This document shows, in pieces, positions 45,650-55,091 of a stretch of DNA of 64,000 bases (within the stretch, counting starts at the first letter, position 1; each line of letters opens with the position of its first letter). The notes below the pieces were generated by a model that searched no databases, was not told the DNA's origin, and saw only the letters and a list, made by a program, of their open reading frames with translations. Source of the stretch: Ostreococcus lucimarinus (lineage: Eukaryota). The translations under genes and the position numbers were made by a program. The stretch lies in the NCBI GenBank assembly GCA_000092065.1, contig CP000589.1. One strand, written 5' to 3'.

Positions 45650-47320
45650 GTGTGGAATCAGTTCCACGCCTCTCTCCCCGCCGCACTTCCCGTCGCGCGT
45701 CCCGGCATGTGGCGCCGGCGCGCGGGCACCGCCCTGAAGGCCACGCTCGCGGCGTACACCGCCGCCGAGCTCACCGCCTTCGTCGGGCACCAGCGACGCA
45801 TCGCGAGCGTCGAAAACGCCCCCACGCGCAAGCTCGACCCAAACTTTGACGTCAAGGCGCACGCCGCGTGGTTCGCCCGCGAGCTGCGACGGGAGCCGAA
45901 CCCGCGGCGATTGTTCGAAGAAGTCTTCAACGATCGCGCGATCGAGACGATACCGCGGAACCGCGCGCACGCGATGCTGTGCTTTTACCTGAGCGCGAAG
46001 GAGGCGAACGAGTTCGCGAGCGGGACGTACCCGAGCGTCATCACGCGACGCGCGGATTCGTTGCTGCGAGAGCTCGAACGCGCGCATGGATTGAAATTTG
46101 CGCGCGATTGCCCGGTGTGGCCGGCGAAACTCGGGGATGAGCGATTGGCGGATGTGGTGGAGGACGAGCGGAAGGCGGCGGAGAGCACGGTGGCGGCGGG
46201 CGCCAAGGCGGTGGGGGATTGGAATCACGGCGTGTGGCGGTGGGTGATGCGATCTTTCGGGTACAGAGAATCGAGAATATCGAGTCCGGTTGAGGGCACG
46301 CCGGATTTCATACGGACAAATACGCATAACATTACGGCGTGGTACAAGCCTTTGGCGTTGCGGTTTATGATTTGGCGGTACAGAGAGCGAAGCGAGAGGA
46401 CGCTCAGGGCGAATGGGTTTAAGATGTACAGGGACGTAGACACCGACGTGAAACTGTGGGTGCGCATTCCTGAGGAGTGCTCGACGGATACGGTGCTTTA
46501 CTTTCTACACGGCTTTGGCATGGGCGTGCCGCCTTACACGTCGTTCATAGAAAAGTTACCAAAGGACAGAATAGTGGTTTGTCCCGAGTGGCCGAACATT
46601 TCGTACGGACTGGATCGGTCGCACGAGTACCCAACGCCGCGAGAACTATCGAATGTGCTCGCGCGCACCGTTGAGCGCGTGCAAGACGAGAAGTTGCTGC
46701 TGTATCCGCAAATCGAAGAAGTCGACGACGCGCGTTGGTATCGCGAACGCTTTGGCGGTTGGTTTCGTAAGAAGCCATCAAAGCGCGAGATCACGAAGTG
46801 CGACGTCATCGCACACTCATACGGCACAGTAGTGCTCACTGGTTTCAAGCGGCACTTCCCCGAAATGTTGCGACGTTGTGTGTACATCGATCCGGTGTGC
46901 TTTCTGCCGGCATTTGGGAGCTATCTCAAGTACGCGTACGACGACCATTTGCTTGAGTGGCAAAACCTCATGCATTACGTGTCCAATAAACTCGCCAATC
47001 CAGACGAGCCTATGGATCTTTTTAACATCCTTTTGAGTTCGTGGTTTGTCAAGGGCGATGTTGGCACGCAGCAGTTGATGAAGCGCTTGTTGTTCCCGCA
47101 CGAGGCTTGGGAACGCGGACCGATGACGAGCGAAGATATGATCGTGCTCTCGGGTTTGGATGAAATAGTCGCGTCGAAAGAAGTGTCCACGCGTTTACGT
47201 ATCGCTTGGCCTAGCGTGCGTATGATTTACGAGAAACAGTGGCAGCACGGCGGGTTTTTACTAGAGCCTGACCCCCACGACGTAGTTCCTCGCATTATTC
47301 GTTTTGTGAGCAAAGTTTAG
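45650..47320 (+). CDS. Alpha/beta-hydrolase fold protein (lipase/esterase-like)
   Basis: GXSXG nucleophile elbow (IAHSYGTVV) in an alpha/beta-hydrolase context (YFLHGFGMG... upstream). Confidence 0.6.
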   Translation: MWNQFHASLPAALPVARPGMWRRRAGTALKATLAAYTAAELTAFVGHQRRIASVENAPTRKLDPNFDVKAHAAWFARELRREPNPRRLFEEVFNDRAIETIPRNRAHAMLCFYLSAKEANEFASGTYPSVITRRADSLLRELERAHGLKFARDCPVWPAKLGDERLADVVEDERKAAESTVAAGAKAVGDWNHGVWRWVMRSFGYRESRISSPVEGTPDFIRTNTHNITAWYKPLALRFMIWRYRERSERTLRANGFKMYRDVDTDVKLWVRIPEECSTDTVLYFLHGFGMGVPPYTSFIEKLPKDRIVVCPEWPNISYGLDRSHEYPTPRELSNVLARTVERVQDEKLLLYPQIEEVDDARWYRERFGGWFRKKPSKREITKCDVIAHSYGTVVLTGFKRHFPEMLRRCVYIDPVCFLPAFGSYLKYAYDDHLLEWQNLMHYVSNKLANPDEPMDLFNILLSSWFVKGDVGTQQLMKRLLFPHEAWERGPMTSEDMIVLSGLDEIVASKEVSTRLRIAWPSVRMIYEKQWQHGGFLLEPDPHDVVPRIIRFVSKV

Positions 47321-47373
47321 ATATTAGACACCGTTTAGAACAATAGAGATTCTTTGAATAGGAAACAAATGGT

Positions 47374-49533
47374 CTAGGTTAAAACGCCCATTCTCTTCAA
47401 GAATGGGTCCAGTGACGCGCCTCTTCCGAGGAAATTTTGCAACATGCTGTCGCCGTCCACCGTAGCGCACGGGGACAAAATCGTCTCTCTGTATTTGCGG
47501 CCGAGCGCCGGATCACACACGTTCGGTTTCTTCGCCTCGAATTCACTGAATAAATCCGCAGCGAACGCTTCACTCCACAAGTATCCGTAGTAACCAGCGG
47601 CATATCCCATCATCGGGTGATACCAACTCGCCGCAGGGAACGCCCCCTCGACGCTCGGAATTTTGCTCAACGACTCGGTTATGACGTTGTAGAAGTCAAT
47701 TGTGTCGTGTTTTTCACCTTCGAACTCGTACGGGCCCGGGCCACCGTGCACCGCTAAGTCAAAGAGCGCCATCGAGATAAAACGCGAGCGAGCGTAGCCT
47801 TCGAGCGCTCCGCGGCTCGCGCTCAACGCGTCGATGTCATCTTCGGGTAAACTGTCTCCCGTTTCGTAGTGCTTCGACAAACGCCGAAGGACCTCGGGTT
47901 GCCAGACAAAGTTTTCGAGCATCATCGACGGCACTTCCAGGAAATCCTGCTCTACGCCCCCCGGCCATGGCACCGCGCTCCATGCCCACGCGTGCACGCT
48001 GTATTTGCTCTTGCTCAATACGCAGTGCATGACGTGACCGAATTCGTGAAAGAACGTCTCAACTTCGCGAAAGCGCAACAGCGCGGGTTTGCCATCCGCC
48101 CCCGGCTTGCTCAGATTACCTATGTTCACGCATGCGGCGGTAACAACATCATCGCCGTCTTCGAAAGCGGGGCGCAATGGATACACACACTGATGCGCGT
48201 ATTTCCCAGGCCGAGGGAACAAATCGAGATAAAAGAATCCCAACACCTGTTGTTCACCCCCCGCCTCGCGAACCGAATAGCACTCCACCTCCTCGTGCCA
48301 CACCTCGGCGTCGACGCGCGCGAACGTTAGGCCGAGCAAGTTTTGATACGTGCTCAAAATTTCGTGTTTCACGTGCTCGAGAGGAAAATACTCGCGAATC
48401 TTCGCCTCGTTGACGCCGAGCGTCGCCTTATACTTGGTCGAGTAGTACGACACGTCCCAGCTCTGCAGCGGGCCGGCGTTCGGGCCTTCTTCCTCGTCCT
48501 TCAGCTTTTGTAAGTCCGTAAGATCTTCGTGAAGCTTGCCTTGCGCTTTATCGAGCAAGTCTCTCAAGAAAGCTTCCGCACGCGCCGGTGTGCTCGCCAT
48601 CTTTGGCTTCAACATGTACTCGGCGTGCGACGCGTACCCGAGCATTTGCGCGCATTCGTTTCGCAACTCGATGACGCGAAGGAATCGATCGGTGTTCACG
48701 TCTTGGCACTGCTTTGCCTTGGCTTCCGCCATGCGTTTACGCGTCGAAGCTCGCCTCGCAAACTGCAGCACGGGCATGATGTCCGGTGCGATGAGACCAA
48801 CGCGACGCGTGCCCTCCATATCGCCCTGCGCGTAGGCGCTTACGTCGACACCGTCCAATTCGGCCTCGGCAAAATCTACGCATGTCGCGTCCTCATTCAA
48901 CGCAGCGCAAAAGCTCGAGCATAGCGCCTCGATTTCTCCGAGCTTACTCATGAGCACCTCTTGTTTCTCGGCGCTCAACGCCGCACCGTTCCTCTCAAAC
49001 TCTCGCATCAAATACTCGCTCGCGCGTCTCGCCTCGCTCGTCGGCGCCGCGTCCGCGCCGACCGCTTTCATCGCCTCGTACACCTCCCTTCGCGCGAATG
49101 TCCCGTCAAACATCGCTTTCAACTTATCCTTCGCCTTCGTGCTCGCCTCTCGCACGTCGCGTTCGCGATGCGTCATCGCCGGAAGCGTCGCCGCGGCGCT
49201 CGCCTCGCTCGCGCGTCCAAGCGCGCGCAGCGTCGTTGAAAACGTCGATTCCCACGTCGTCCCGCGCGCGGCGTCGCGCAGCGCGCGCTCGTACTCGGAG
49301 ACGATCGTCGTTACCAACGCATCGACGCCATCGGCGGTGATATCAGAGGTGAAGCGCGGCGTCGAGGGCGGTGCGGGCGCGACGGTGACTGGCGAAGCCT
49401 GGACGCGCATTCGTCTCGCGCGCGGCGGCGGTGCGCGCGCGCCGGGCGCGACGACGCGCGGAGTCGACGCGTGACCAACGACGCGTCTCGCACCGTTCTC
49501 GACGAGCGTTTTGGCGAGCGCGCTCGCGCGCAT
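47374..49533 (-). CDS. M3-family zinc metallopeptidase (thimet/organellar oligopeptidase-like)
   Basis: HEFGHVMH zinc-binding HExxH motif with the downstream Glu, and an M3 fold length of ~700 aa. Arg/Ala-rich presequence. Confidence 0.85.
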   Translation of the reverse strand: MRASALAKTLVENGARRVVGHASTPRVVAPGARAPPPRARRMRVQASPVTVAPAPPSTPRFTSDITADGVDALVTTIVSEYERALRDAARGTTWESTFSTTLRALGRASEASAAATLPAMTHRERDVREASTKAKDKLKAMFDGTFARREVYEAMKAVGADAAPTSEARRASEYLMREFERNGAALSAEKQEVLMSKLGEIEALCSSFCAALNEDATCVDFAEAELDGVDVSAYAQGDMEGTRRVGLIAPDIMPVLQFARRASTRKRMAEAKAKQCQDVNTDRFLRVIELRNECAQMLGYASHAEYMLKPKMASTPARAEAFLRDLLDKAQGKLHEDLTDLQKLKDEEEGPNAGPLQSWDVSYYSTKYKATLGVNEAKIREYFPLEHVKHEILSTYQNLLGLTFARVDAEVWHEEVECYSVREAGGEQQVLGFFYLDLFPRPGKYAHQCVYPLRPAFEDGDDVVTAACVNIGNLSKPGADGKPALLRFREVETFFHEFGHVMHCVLSKSKYSVHAWAWSAVPWPGGVEQDFLEVPSMMLENFVWQPEVLRRLSKHYETGDSLPEDDIDALSASRGALEGYARSRFISMALFDLAVHGGPGPYEFEGEKHDTIDFYNVITESLSKIPSVEGAFPAASWYHPMMGYAAGYYGYLWSEAFAADLFSEFEAKKPNVCDPALGRKYRETILSPCATVDGDSMLQNFLGRGASLDPFLKRMGVLT

Positions 49534-49685
49534 GTCACGGAGTGGCGCGGCGAGTCGGGACGGGACGCGCTACGCGGCGACGCGGCGACGCGCTCGCGGA
49601 CGGCTTGAGTCGCTAGAGAATCTACTGATATTGACGATGACTAAATGGTTGAGCACTCGACGCGCGCGCGCCGAACGAGGGAAAT

Positions 49686-50960
49686 CTAGAGGTATCGCAC
49701 CAACGACGTGAAGAAGTGCTTGTCCGTGCACGCGCGATGCCACACGAAGGACGTCTTCGCCTTGAAACCGCCCTCGGTGGGGATATTTTGCACCCAATCC
49801 TCCACGTCTGATTCGGATTTCGTGGGCGATCCCGTGCGCGCGGCGGATTCGGCTGACTCTAACATCGCAGCCTTGCGCTTCGCGTGGGCGTCCGTCTCCA
49901 TGTCGTCGCGGCTGTCTTCGTAGTCGTCGTCCGAATCGCGCATTAATCCTAAAGCCTCTTTCCTCATGTCCGTGCGCTCGCGACGGCGCGTCATGTCGTT
50001 GAATAGGTTCACGCAGAAGATAGCCATCTCCAATCCGTGCCCGATGAGCGGAGGCCCCCACGTGGACCAAGACTCGTGCATCACCGCCTTTTGAATCGTC
50101 GCCCCGAGCCCGCCCGCGACGGACAGCGCTAATCGCATGTAACTCATCGCCCCCGAACCTTTGGAGTGTACGGACTCCCACAACTGCGGCACGTATCGCG
50201 TGGTTTCTAAAACTGCGTTCGTCAACCCTAAGAAAATCGCATAACGTTCAAACTCAAAACACGTCGATCCGAACAACATCCTCGCGACGGGCGCCGCGAG
50301 CAACGCGCACGGCACCGCCCACAACGCTAACCCGTACCACGCCGCCTTACGCTTAGACATGACGTACCCAAAGTATTCCGTCTTGCGATCGCTCGTGAAG
50401 TGCGCCGCGAGCGGGTAGAGCGGTATCCACAGCAACGTGTAAATCAACGTGTAATACAGCGTCAACAGCGACGCCTGACACCGCTCGTACTCGTACCCCG
50501 CCGCTCCCGCGACGCACCGTCGGATCTGCTCGTAATGCAGAATGAACACATTCATCGTCGCGCACACGTTCGACACGTTCATCAGCGCCAACGAGCTCAG
50601 CGACAGCCCCTCCGAAGTCCCCAACACCACCACCTTCAGGTACTGCGGCACCGCCCCGAGCACGCACCCGCTGATGAAGACGAACATCACCGCCGTCGCC
50701 GCGTCGCTCGAGCGATACGCGTCGACGAAGCACGACGTGTCCGTCACCGGCCGGAAATCGACGCCGTCGGTGATGATTTTCGCGTGTTCGTTCAAGTCAT
50801 CGAGCGACGACGTCCCGCGCGTCTTCGCCGCGCCGAGTCGCCGCAGCGTCGCCGCGCCGGCGTCCGCGACGCCGCTCGCGGACGTCGACGCGCTCGAGGC
50901 CGTGCGTCCGAGCGCGGCGACGCGTCCGAGCGTCGCCTCGACGACCGACGCGAGCACCAT
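49686..50960 (-). CDS. PQ-loop repeat membrane protein (cystinosin/LAAT-type)
   Basis: Two PQ motifs (LGAVPQYLKVV; TRYVPQLWESV) in a ~7-TM protein. Start taken at ATG 50958-50960 (MVLASVVEATLGR); the ORF listed to 51479 is Arg-rich upstream. Confidence 0.55.
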   Translation of the reverse strand: MVLASVVEATLGRVAALGRTASSASTSASGVADAGAATLRRLGAAKTRGTSSLDDLNEHAKIITDGVDFRPVTDTSCFVDAYRSSDAATAVMFVFISGCVLGAVPQYLKVVVLGTSEGLSLSSLALMNVSNVCATMNVFILHYEQIRRCVAGAAGYEYERCQASLLTLYYTLIYTLLWIPLYPLAAHFTSDRKTEYFGYVMSKRKAAWYGLALWAVPCALLAAPVARMLFGSTCFEFERYAIFLGLTNAVLETTRYVPQLWESVHSKGSGAMSYMRLALSVAGGLGATIQKAVMHESWSTWGPPLIGHGLEMAIFCVNLFNDMTRRRERTDMRKEALGLMRDSDDDYEDSRDDMETDAHAKRKAAMLESAESAARTGSPTKSESDVEDWVQNIPTEGGFKAKTSFVWHRACTDKHFFTSLVRYL

Positions 50961-51161
50961 GCGCGCCGTTCTGGCGCCGTGGGTGTTGCGGGGCGGTCGC
51001 AGACGCCGACGCGCGGCGACGCGCGGCGACGCGCGCGCGCTCGAGCGCGCGAATCGCGCGAATCGCGCGCGGGCGTTCGAGCGCGCATGCGCGGACTCGC
51101 GCGCGCGCTCGCGCTCGCGGACGCGCGCGCGTGGACGCGCGGACGCGCGCGCGCGGGACGG

Positions 51162-51875
51162 ATGGCGTCGAGCGCGCGCGACGGCGACGGCGATGGCGAC
51201 GCGAAGCGGTCGATGCGCCGCGCGGCGCGGGACGCGCTGAGACTGATGACGACGGAGGCGATGCGCGCCGCGGACGCGGCGATCGCGGGACGGTTGAGGG
51301 AGATGAAGGCGTCGGCGAACGCGCGGCGCGTCGGCGCGTACTTGGCGAGCGAACGCCTGCGAGAGTGCTCGATGGCGACGTACATCGACGACGCCGCGGT
51401 GCGAGGGGCGACGGACGACGTCATGGTTTTCGTGCCGATCGTTGACGACGCCGGGTCGTCGTCGATGCGCATGCTTCACGTGCGAGACGTCGAGGCGGAC
51501 GCGACTCGCGGCGCGTACGATTTGGCCGAGCCGCGCGAGACGTACGCGGACGGGTCGCGGCGCTTAGACGCGGTGAGGGACATCGCGAAGGTTGGCGCGT
51601 TGGACGTCGTCGTCGTTCCTGGCGTGGCGTTCGGCGAGGATGGGCGCAGACTCGGTCGCGGAGGCGGGTATTACGACGCGTTTTTGACGCGGTACGCCGA
51701 CGAGGCGGCGCGCGTCGGCGCGACGCCGCCACTCGTCGTCGCCCTCGCGTACGGGTGTCAAGTCTACCCCCCAGGTGCCGTTCCCGTGGACGCGCACGAT
51801 AAGTTAGTCGATATCATCGTCACCGAAACCCGCACGATCGCGTGCACCGACCGAGGCGTCGCCGCGGCGTCGTAA
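51162..51875 (+). CDS. 5-formyltetrahydrofolate cyclo-ligase
   Basis: The 5-FCL signature GRGGGYYD plus VVPGVAFGEDGRRLGRG. Start at ATG 51162 (MASSARDGDGDGDAKR), in frame within a longer spurious ORF. Confidence 0.75.
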   Translation: MASSARDGDGDGDAKRSMRRAARDALRLMTTEAMRAADAAIAGRLREMKASANARRVGAYLASERLRECSMATYIDDAAVRGATDDVMVFVPIVDDAGSSSMRMLHVRDVEADATRGAYDLAEPRETYADGSRRLDAVRDIAKVGALDVVVVPGVAFGEDGRRLGRGGGYYDAFLTRYADEAARVGATPPLVVALAYGCQVYPPGAVPVDAHDKLVDIIVTETRTIACTDRGVAAAS

Positions 51876-51917
51876 CCGCCGCACTGCGGGACGCGCCGTG
51901 GCGACGGCTCGCGCGTC

Positions 51918-52832
51918 ATGTCCGACACCGTGAGCGATTTTTGGCGCCAAAAATACGAAACAGACGCGCGAAAAAACTGGGACGTCTTTTACAAGACGCA
52001 CGCGACGAATTTCTTCAAGGATCGGCACTGGTTGGCGCGCGAATGGCCGGACGTGTTCGCCAAACCTCCCGAGGAAACCGCGCTCGAGGACGTCGACGAG
52101 GACATGGGCGCGCGCGTGGACCGCGCGCGAGGTCCCGCGCCGTCGTACGCGCCTCGTGAAGACGCGCCGCGCGCGTTTCTAGAGCTCGGGTGCGGGGTCG
52201 GGAACACGGTGTTTCCGCTGCTCGAGCTCGACGCCGAAGCGACGGTGTACTGCTGCGATTTTAGTAAGCGCGCGATAGATATGGTGCTCGAACGCGCGGC
52301 GACGCTGCCGCCACGCGATCGCGATCGCGTCAAGGCGTTCGTGTGCGACGCGACGTGTGAGAGCTTGTTGGAGAACGTACCCGCCGGATGCGTCGACGTC
52401 GCCACGATGGTGTTCGCGCTGAGCGCGATGTCGCGAGAGAAGATGAAGTACTGCGTACGAAATCTATCGACCGTCATGCGAGACGGTCAACGAGGCGCAA
52501 TATGCGTTCGTGACTACGCCGCGGGGGATTTAGCGCAGGAAAGGTTCGAAGGGAAGGTGGCGGCGAATCAAAAGTTGTCGGAAAACTTTTATGTGCGACA
52601 CGACGGCACGCGCGCGTACTACTTCACAATAGAAGATTTGGTGGCTTTATTCGCCGAGGAGGGAATGGAGATGCGCGAGGTGTTCATTCATCAGCGCACG
52701 ATCACCAATAGAGCGGATTCTTTGGACATGAATAGACGATGGATCCAAGCGAATTTCGCCAGCGCAAAAATCTGTCCAATGACGTTTGCGCCTCCCGAGC
52801 GTCTCAAACCGACGACGCCGTGGGGAAAGTGA
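51918..52832 (+). CDS. METTL2/6/8-family methyltransferase (tRNA m3C-type)
   Basis: N-terminal family signature FWRQKYETDARKNWDVFYKTHATNFFKDRHWLAREWPD, then SAM motif LELGCGVGN. Confidence 0.75.
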   Translation: MSDTVSDFWRQKYETDARKNWDVFYKTHATNFFKDRHWLAREWPDVFAKPPEETALEDVDEDMGARVDRARGPAPSYAPREDAPRAFLELGCGVGNTVFPLLELDAEATVYCCDFSKRAIDMVLERAATLPPRDRDRVKAFVCDATCESLLENVPAGCVDVATMVFALSAMSREKMKYCVRNLSTVMRDGQRGAICVRDYAAGDLAQERFEGKVAANQKLSENFYVRHDGTRAYYFTIEDLVALFAEEGMEMREVFIHQRTITNRADSLDMNRRWIQANFASAKICPMTFAPPERLKPTTPWGK

Positions 52833-53028
52833 ACATCTGCGCATGGATGTGGTGGTGGTTGTTGAAAGTAGTACGCGTGGAACGCGTGGGGTGTTAGTGC
52901 GTTGGAACCTCTTCGGCGCGTCTTCGCGAAACCGTCTGGAAACGACACGAATGGACGAAGAACGATGCGCGCGCGTAAGCAATACGATGGTATTATTAAT
53001 GTGCAACGATCGAGGCGATACGACGAGA

Positions 53029-53760
53029 TCAATCAGCCTTCAAGAATCCCTTGGCGTCCAAATACTCGATGATTTTGTGCGCCATGTCTCGCGGCGGCGC
53101 CAAGACGCCGTCCTCCTTGGCGACTTCCATTTCAATCTCCGCGTTCACCGGTTCTTCGTACGGATCGTCGATGCCGGTGAATCCCTTAATCTTACCCGCC
53201 CGAGCAGCCTTGTAAAGCCCCTTCGGGTCGCGTTCCTCGCACACGCTCAACGGAATCTTCATGTACACCTCGACGAAGCGGTCGCCGACGCGTTCCCGCA
53301 CCGCCAACCGATCCTTCTTATACGGCGAAATGAAGCTCACGAGCGTGATCATCCCGCTATCCGCGTACAGTTTCGAAACCTCACCGATCCTGCGAATGTT
53401 CTCCTCTCGATCGGCCGCGGTGAACCCCAAATTCGAGTTCAACCCGTGTCGAATGTTGTCGCCGTCGAGCACCTGCGCGATCTTCCCTCGCTTGAACAGT
53501 TCGTGCTCGAGCGTGTACGCCACCGTGGACTTCCCCGATCCCGACAGGCCGGTGAACCAAAGCACGCACCCTCGCTGCCCGAGCGCCCTCTCGCGCGTCT
53601 CGCGATCGACCGCGCCCTCGTGCCACTTGATGTTCGTCGACTCGCCCACCTTGTACGCGTCGACCGCGCGCGCGCGCGCGTGCGTCATCGTCGCCGGCGT
53701 CGCGAGCGCGCGCGCGTCGACCGCGCGCCGCGCGAGTTCCCTCGCTCCGCGGCGAAGCAT
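53029..53760 (-). CDS. Adenylyl-sulfate (APS) kinase with presequence
   Basis: VLWFTGLSGSGKSTVA P-loop, NIRHGLNSNLGF and other CysC motifs. Start taken at ATG 53758-53760 (MLRRGARELARR...). Confidence 0.85.
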   Translation of the reverse strand: MLRRGARELARRAVDARALATPATMTHARARAVDAYKVGESTNIKWHEGAVDRETRERALGQRGCVLWFTGLSGSGKSTVAYTLEHELFKRGKIAQVLDGDNIRHGLNSNLGFTAADREENIRRIGEVSKLYADSGMITLVSFISPYKKDRLAVRERVGDRFVEVYMKIPLSVCEERDPKGLYKAARAGKIKGFTGIDDPYEEPVNAEIEMEVAKEDGVLAPPRDMAHKIIEYLDAKGFLKAD

Positions 53761-54055
53761 GCGTCGCGCGTCGTGCGCGCGCGCGCGTGTGCGCGCGCGC
53801 GCGGGTCGACCGCGAAACCCTCGCGCGCGGGTCGATCGACGCGCGATCGATCGCGCGTCGATCGCGATCGACCCTCGCGCGAGTTTCGATCGCCGAAATT
53901 CGAACCTCGCCCGCGCGGGTCGAAAAAGCGCGGGAGAGGGGAACCGTCGCTGAGTCAGTGCCTTTTCACGAAGTCGCATGCGATTGCGCGCATCGCGACG
54001 CGCGACGCGACACACGGCGACGCGCGCGCTCGTAAACGACGCGCACCGACGCGAA

Positions 54056-54886
54056 ATGACGTACTTTGAAGCGCTCGGCGAAGCGCTGCGCGATTTGCTC
54101 GAACCCGCGGCGGTGGGGGCGACGAAGGTGACGACGAAGGGACCGAAGAATTCGGCGCTCGCGGACGCGGACGTGACCGTGGACGTGAACGGCGCGGCGA
54201 GAGCGATCGCGGTGGACGCGAAGCAAACGTTTGAACTGCCGATCGATGGGGTGAAGTTGGTGGCGAAGGCGAATCATCACGGGGATCTGAGCGCGGACGT
54301 GGTGGCGAGCGGATTGGCGCTGAGCGGACTCGACGTGGCGGTGGAGGGATTGGCGCGCGATACCGCGAACGCGACGATCGGGGCGAAGCTCGCGATCGAT
54401 TCCGTCGGGATCACGGCTGATTCGGCGTTGGCGGGCGGTGATATCGTCGCGAGCGCGTGCTACGCGTTCGATGATAACACCGCGCTCGGGGCCAAGGCGA
54501 CGGTGTCGCCCTCGAGCGGGGGTCTGGCCGACTGGACGCTCGCGGCCCAGCGACGAGATGGACCGACGACTTTGAGCGCGGCGTTGAGTGATGGTGGGAA
54601 TACCGTCGCTTTGGGCGTCACGAGCGAGCTCGACGCGAAGACGACCGCGGGTTTGGAAGCCAAGCTCGCGATGGGCGGAGAACGCAATTCGTTGAGCTAC
54701 GCGCTCGGCGTGAGCAAGACGCTCCAATCCGGCGACACCATGCGTGTCGTGCACTCGAATCACGGTGACACGGACGTGACATACACCACGACGCTCTGCG
54801 AAGGCGCCATCGCCACGGGGTGCTTGCGTATGGCGTCCAAGGGGCATCACTACAAGACTGGCTTCTCCGTCGCGATGGGGCAATAA
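54056..54886 (+). CDS. Beta-barrel porin-like protein (VDAC/eukaryotic-porin-like), tentative
   Basis: MTYFEALGEALRDLL resembles the VDAC N-helix (P-x-Y-x-DLGK-x-ARD-x-F). The rest has the alternating hydrophobic beta-strand pattern with G/A/S/T richness, ~277 aa. Confidence 0.4.
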   Translation: MTYFEALGEALRDLLEPAAVGATKVTTKGPKNSALADADVTVDVNGAARAIAVDAKQTFELPIDGVKLVAKANHHGDLSADVVASGLALSGLDVAVEGLARDTANATIGAKLAIDSVGITADSALAGGDIVASACYAFDDNTALGAKATVSPSSGGLADWTLAAQRRDGPTTLSAALSDGGNTVALGVTSELDAKTTAGLEAKLAMGGERNSLSYALGVSKTLQSGDTMRVVHSNHGDTDVTYTTTLCEGAIATGCLRMASKGHHYKTGFSVAMGQ

Positions 54887-55091
54887 TCCCCCGCCGTTCG
54901 TCGTCGCACCAGACTCATCGAACAAATTTTGTTTTACAAAACCAACGTGTACGTTGACCGACATGAATAAATATGTCCTACCGGTCTCTTTTCTACAGAT
55001 CTACTCGTATACCCACGCCAAAGTAGGTGGCGAATAATACAATCTTGTCAATAACATGCGTATTCGTATTCAAACTTTTTGCGGTCTCTCT

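Noticed and set aside
42603-45849. ORFs 42603..43985(+), 43162..44016(-), 43219..44280(+), 43670..45508(-, 612 aa), 45088..45849(+)
   Set aside because: They overlap the FASTK-like, ClpR and CTL genes in other frames or strands. Composition is poly-Arg/Asp, and ClpR and CTL have clear family signatures.
52786-54964. ORFs 52786..54069(+) and 53966..54964(-)
   Set aside because: Antisense to APS kinase and to the porin-like gene respectively. APS kinase motifs fix the coding strand.
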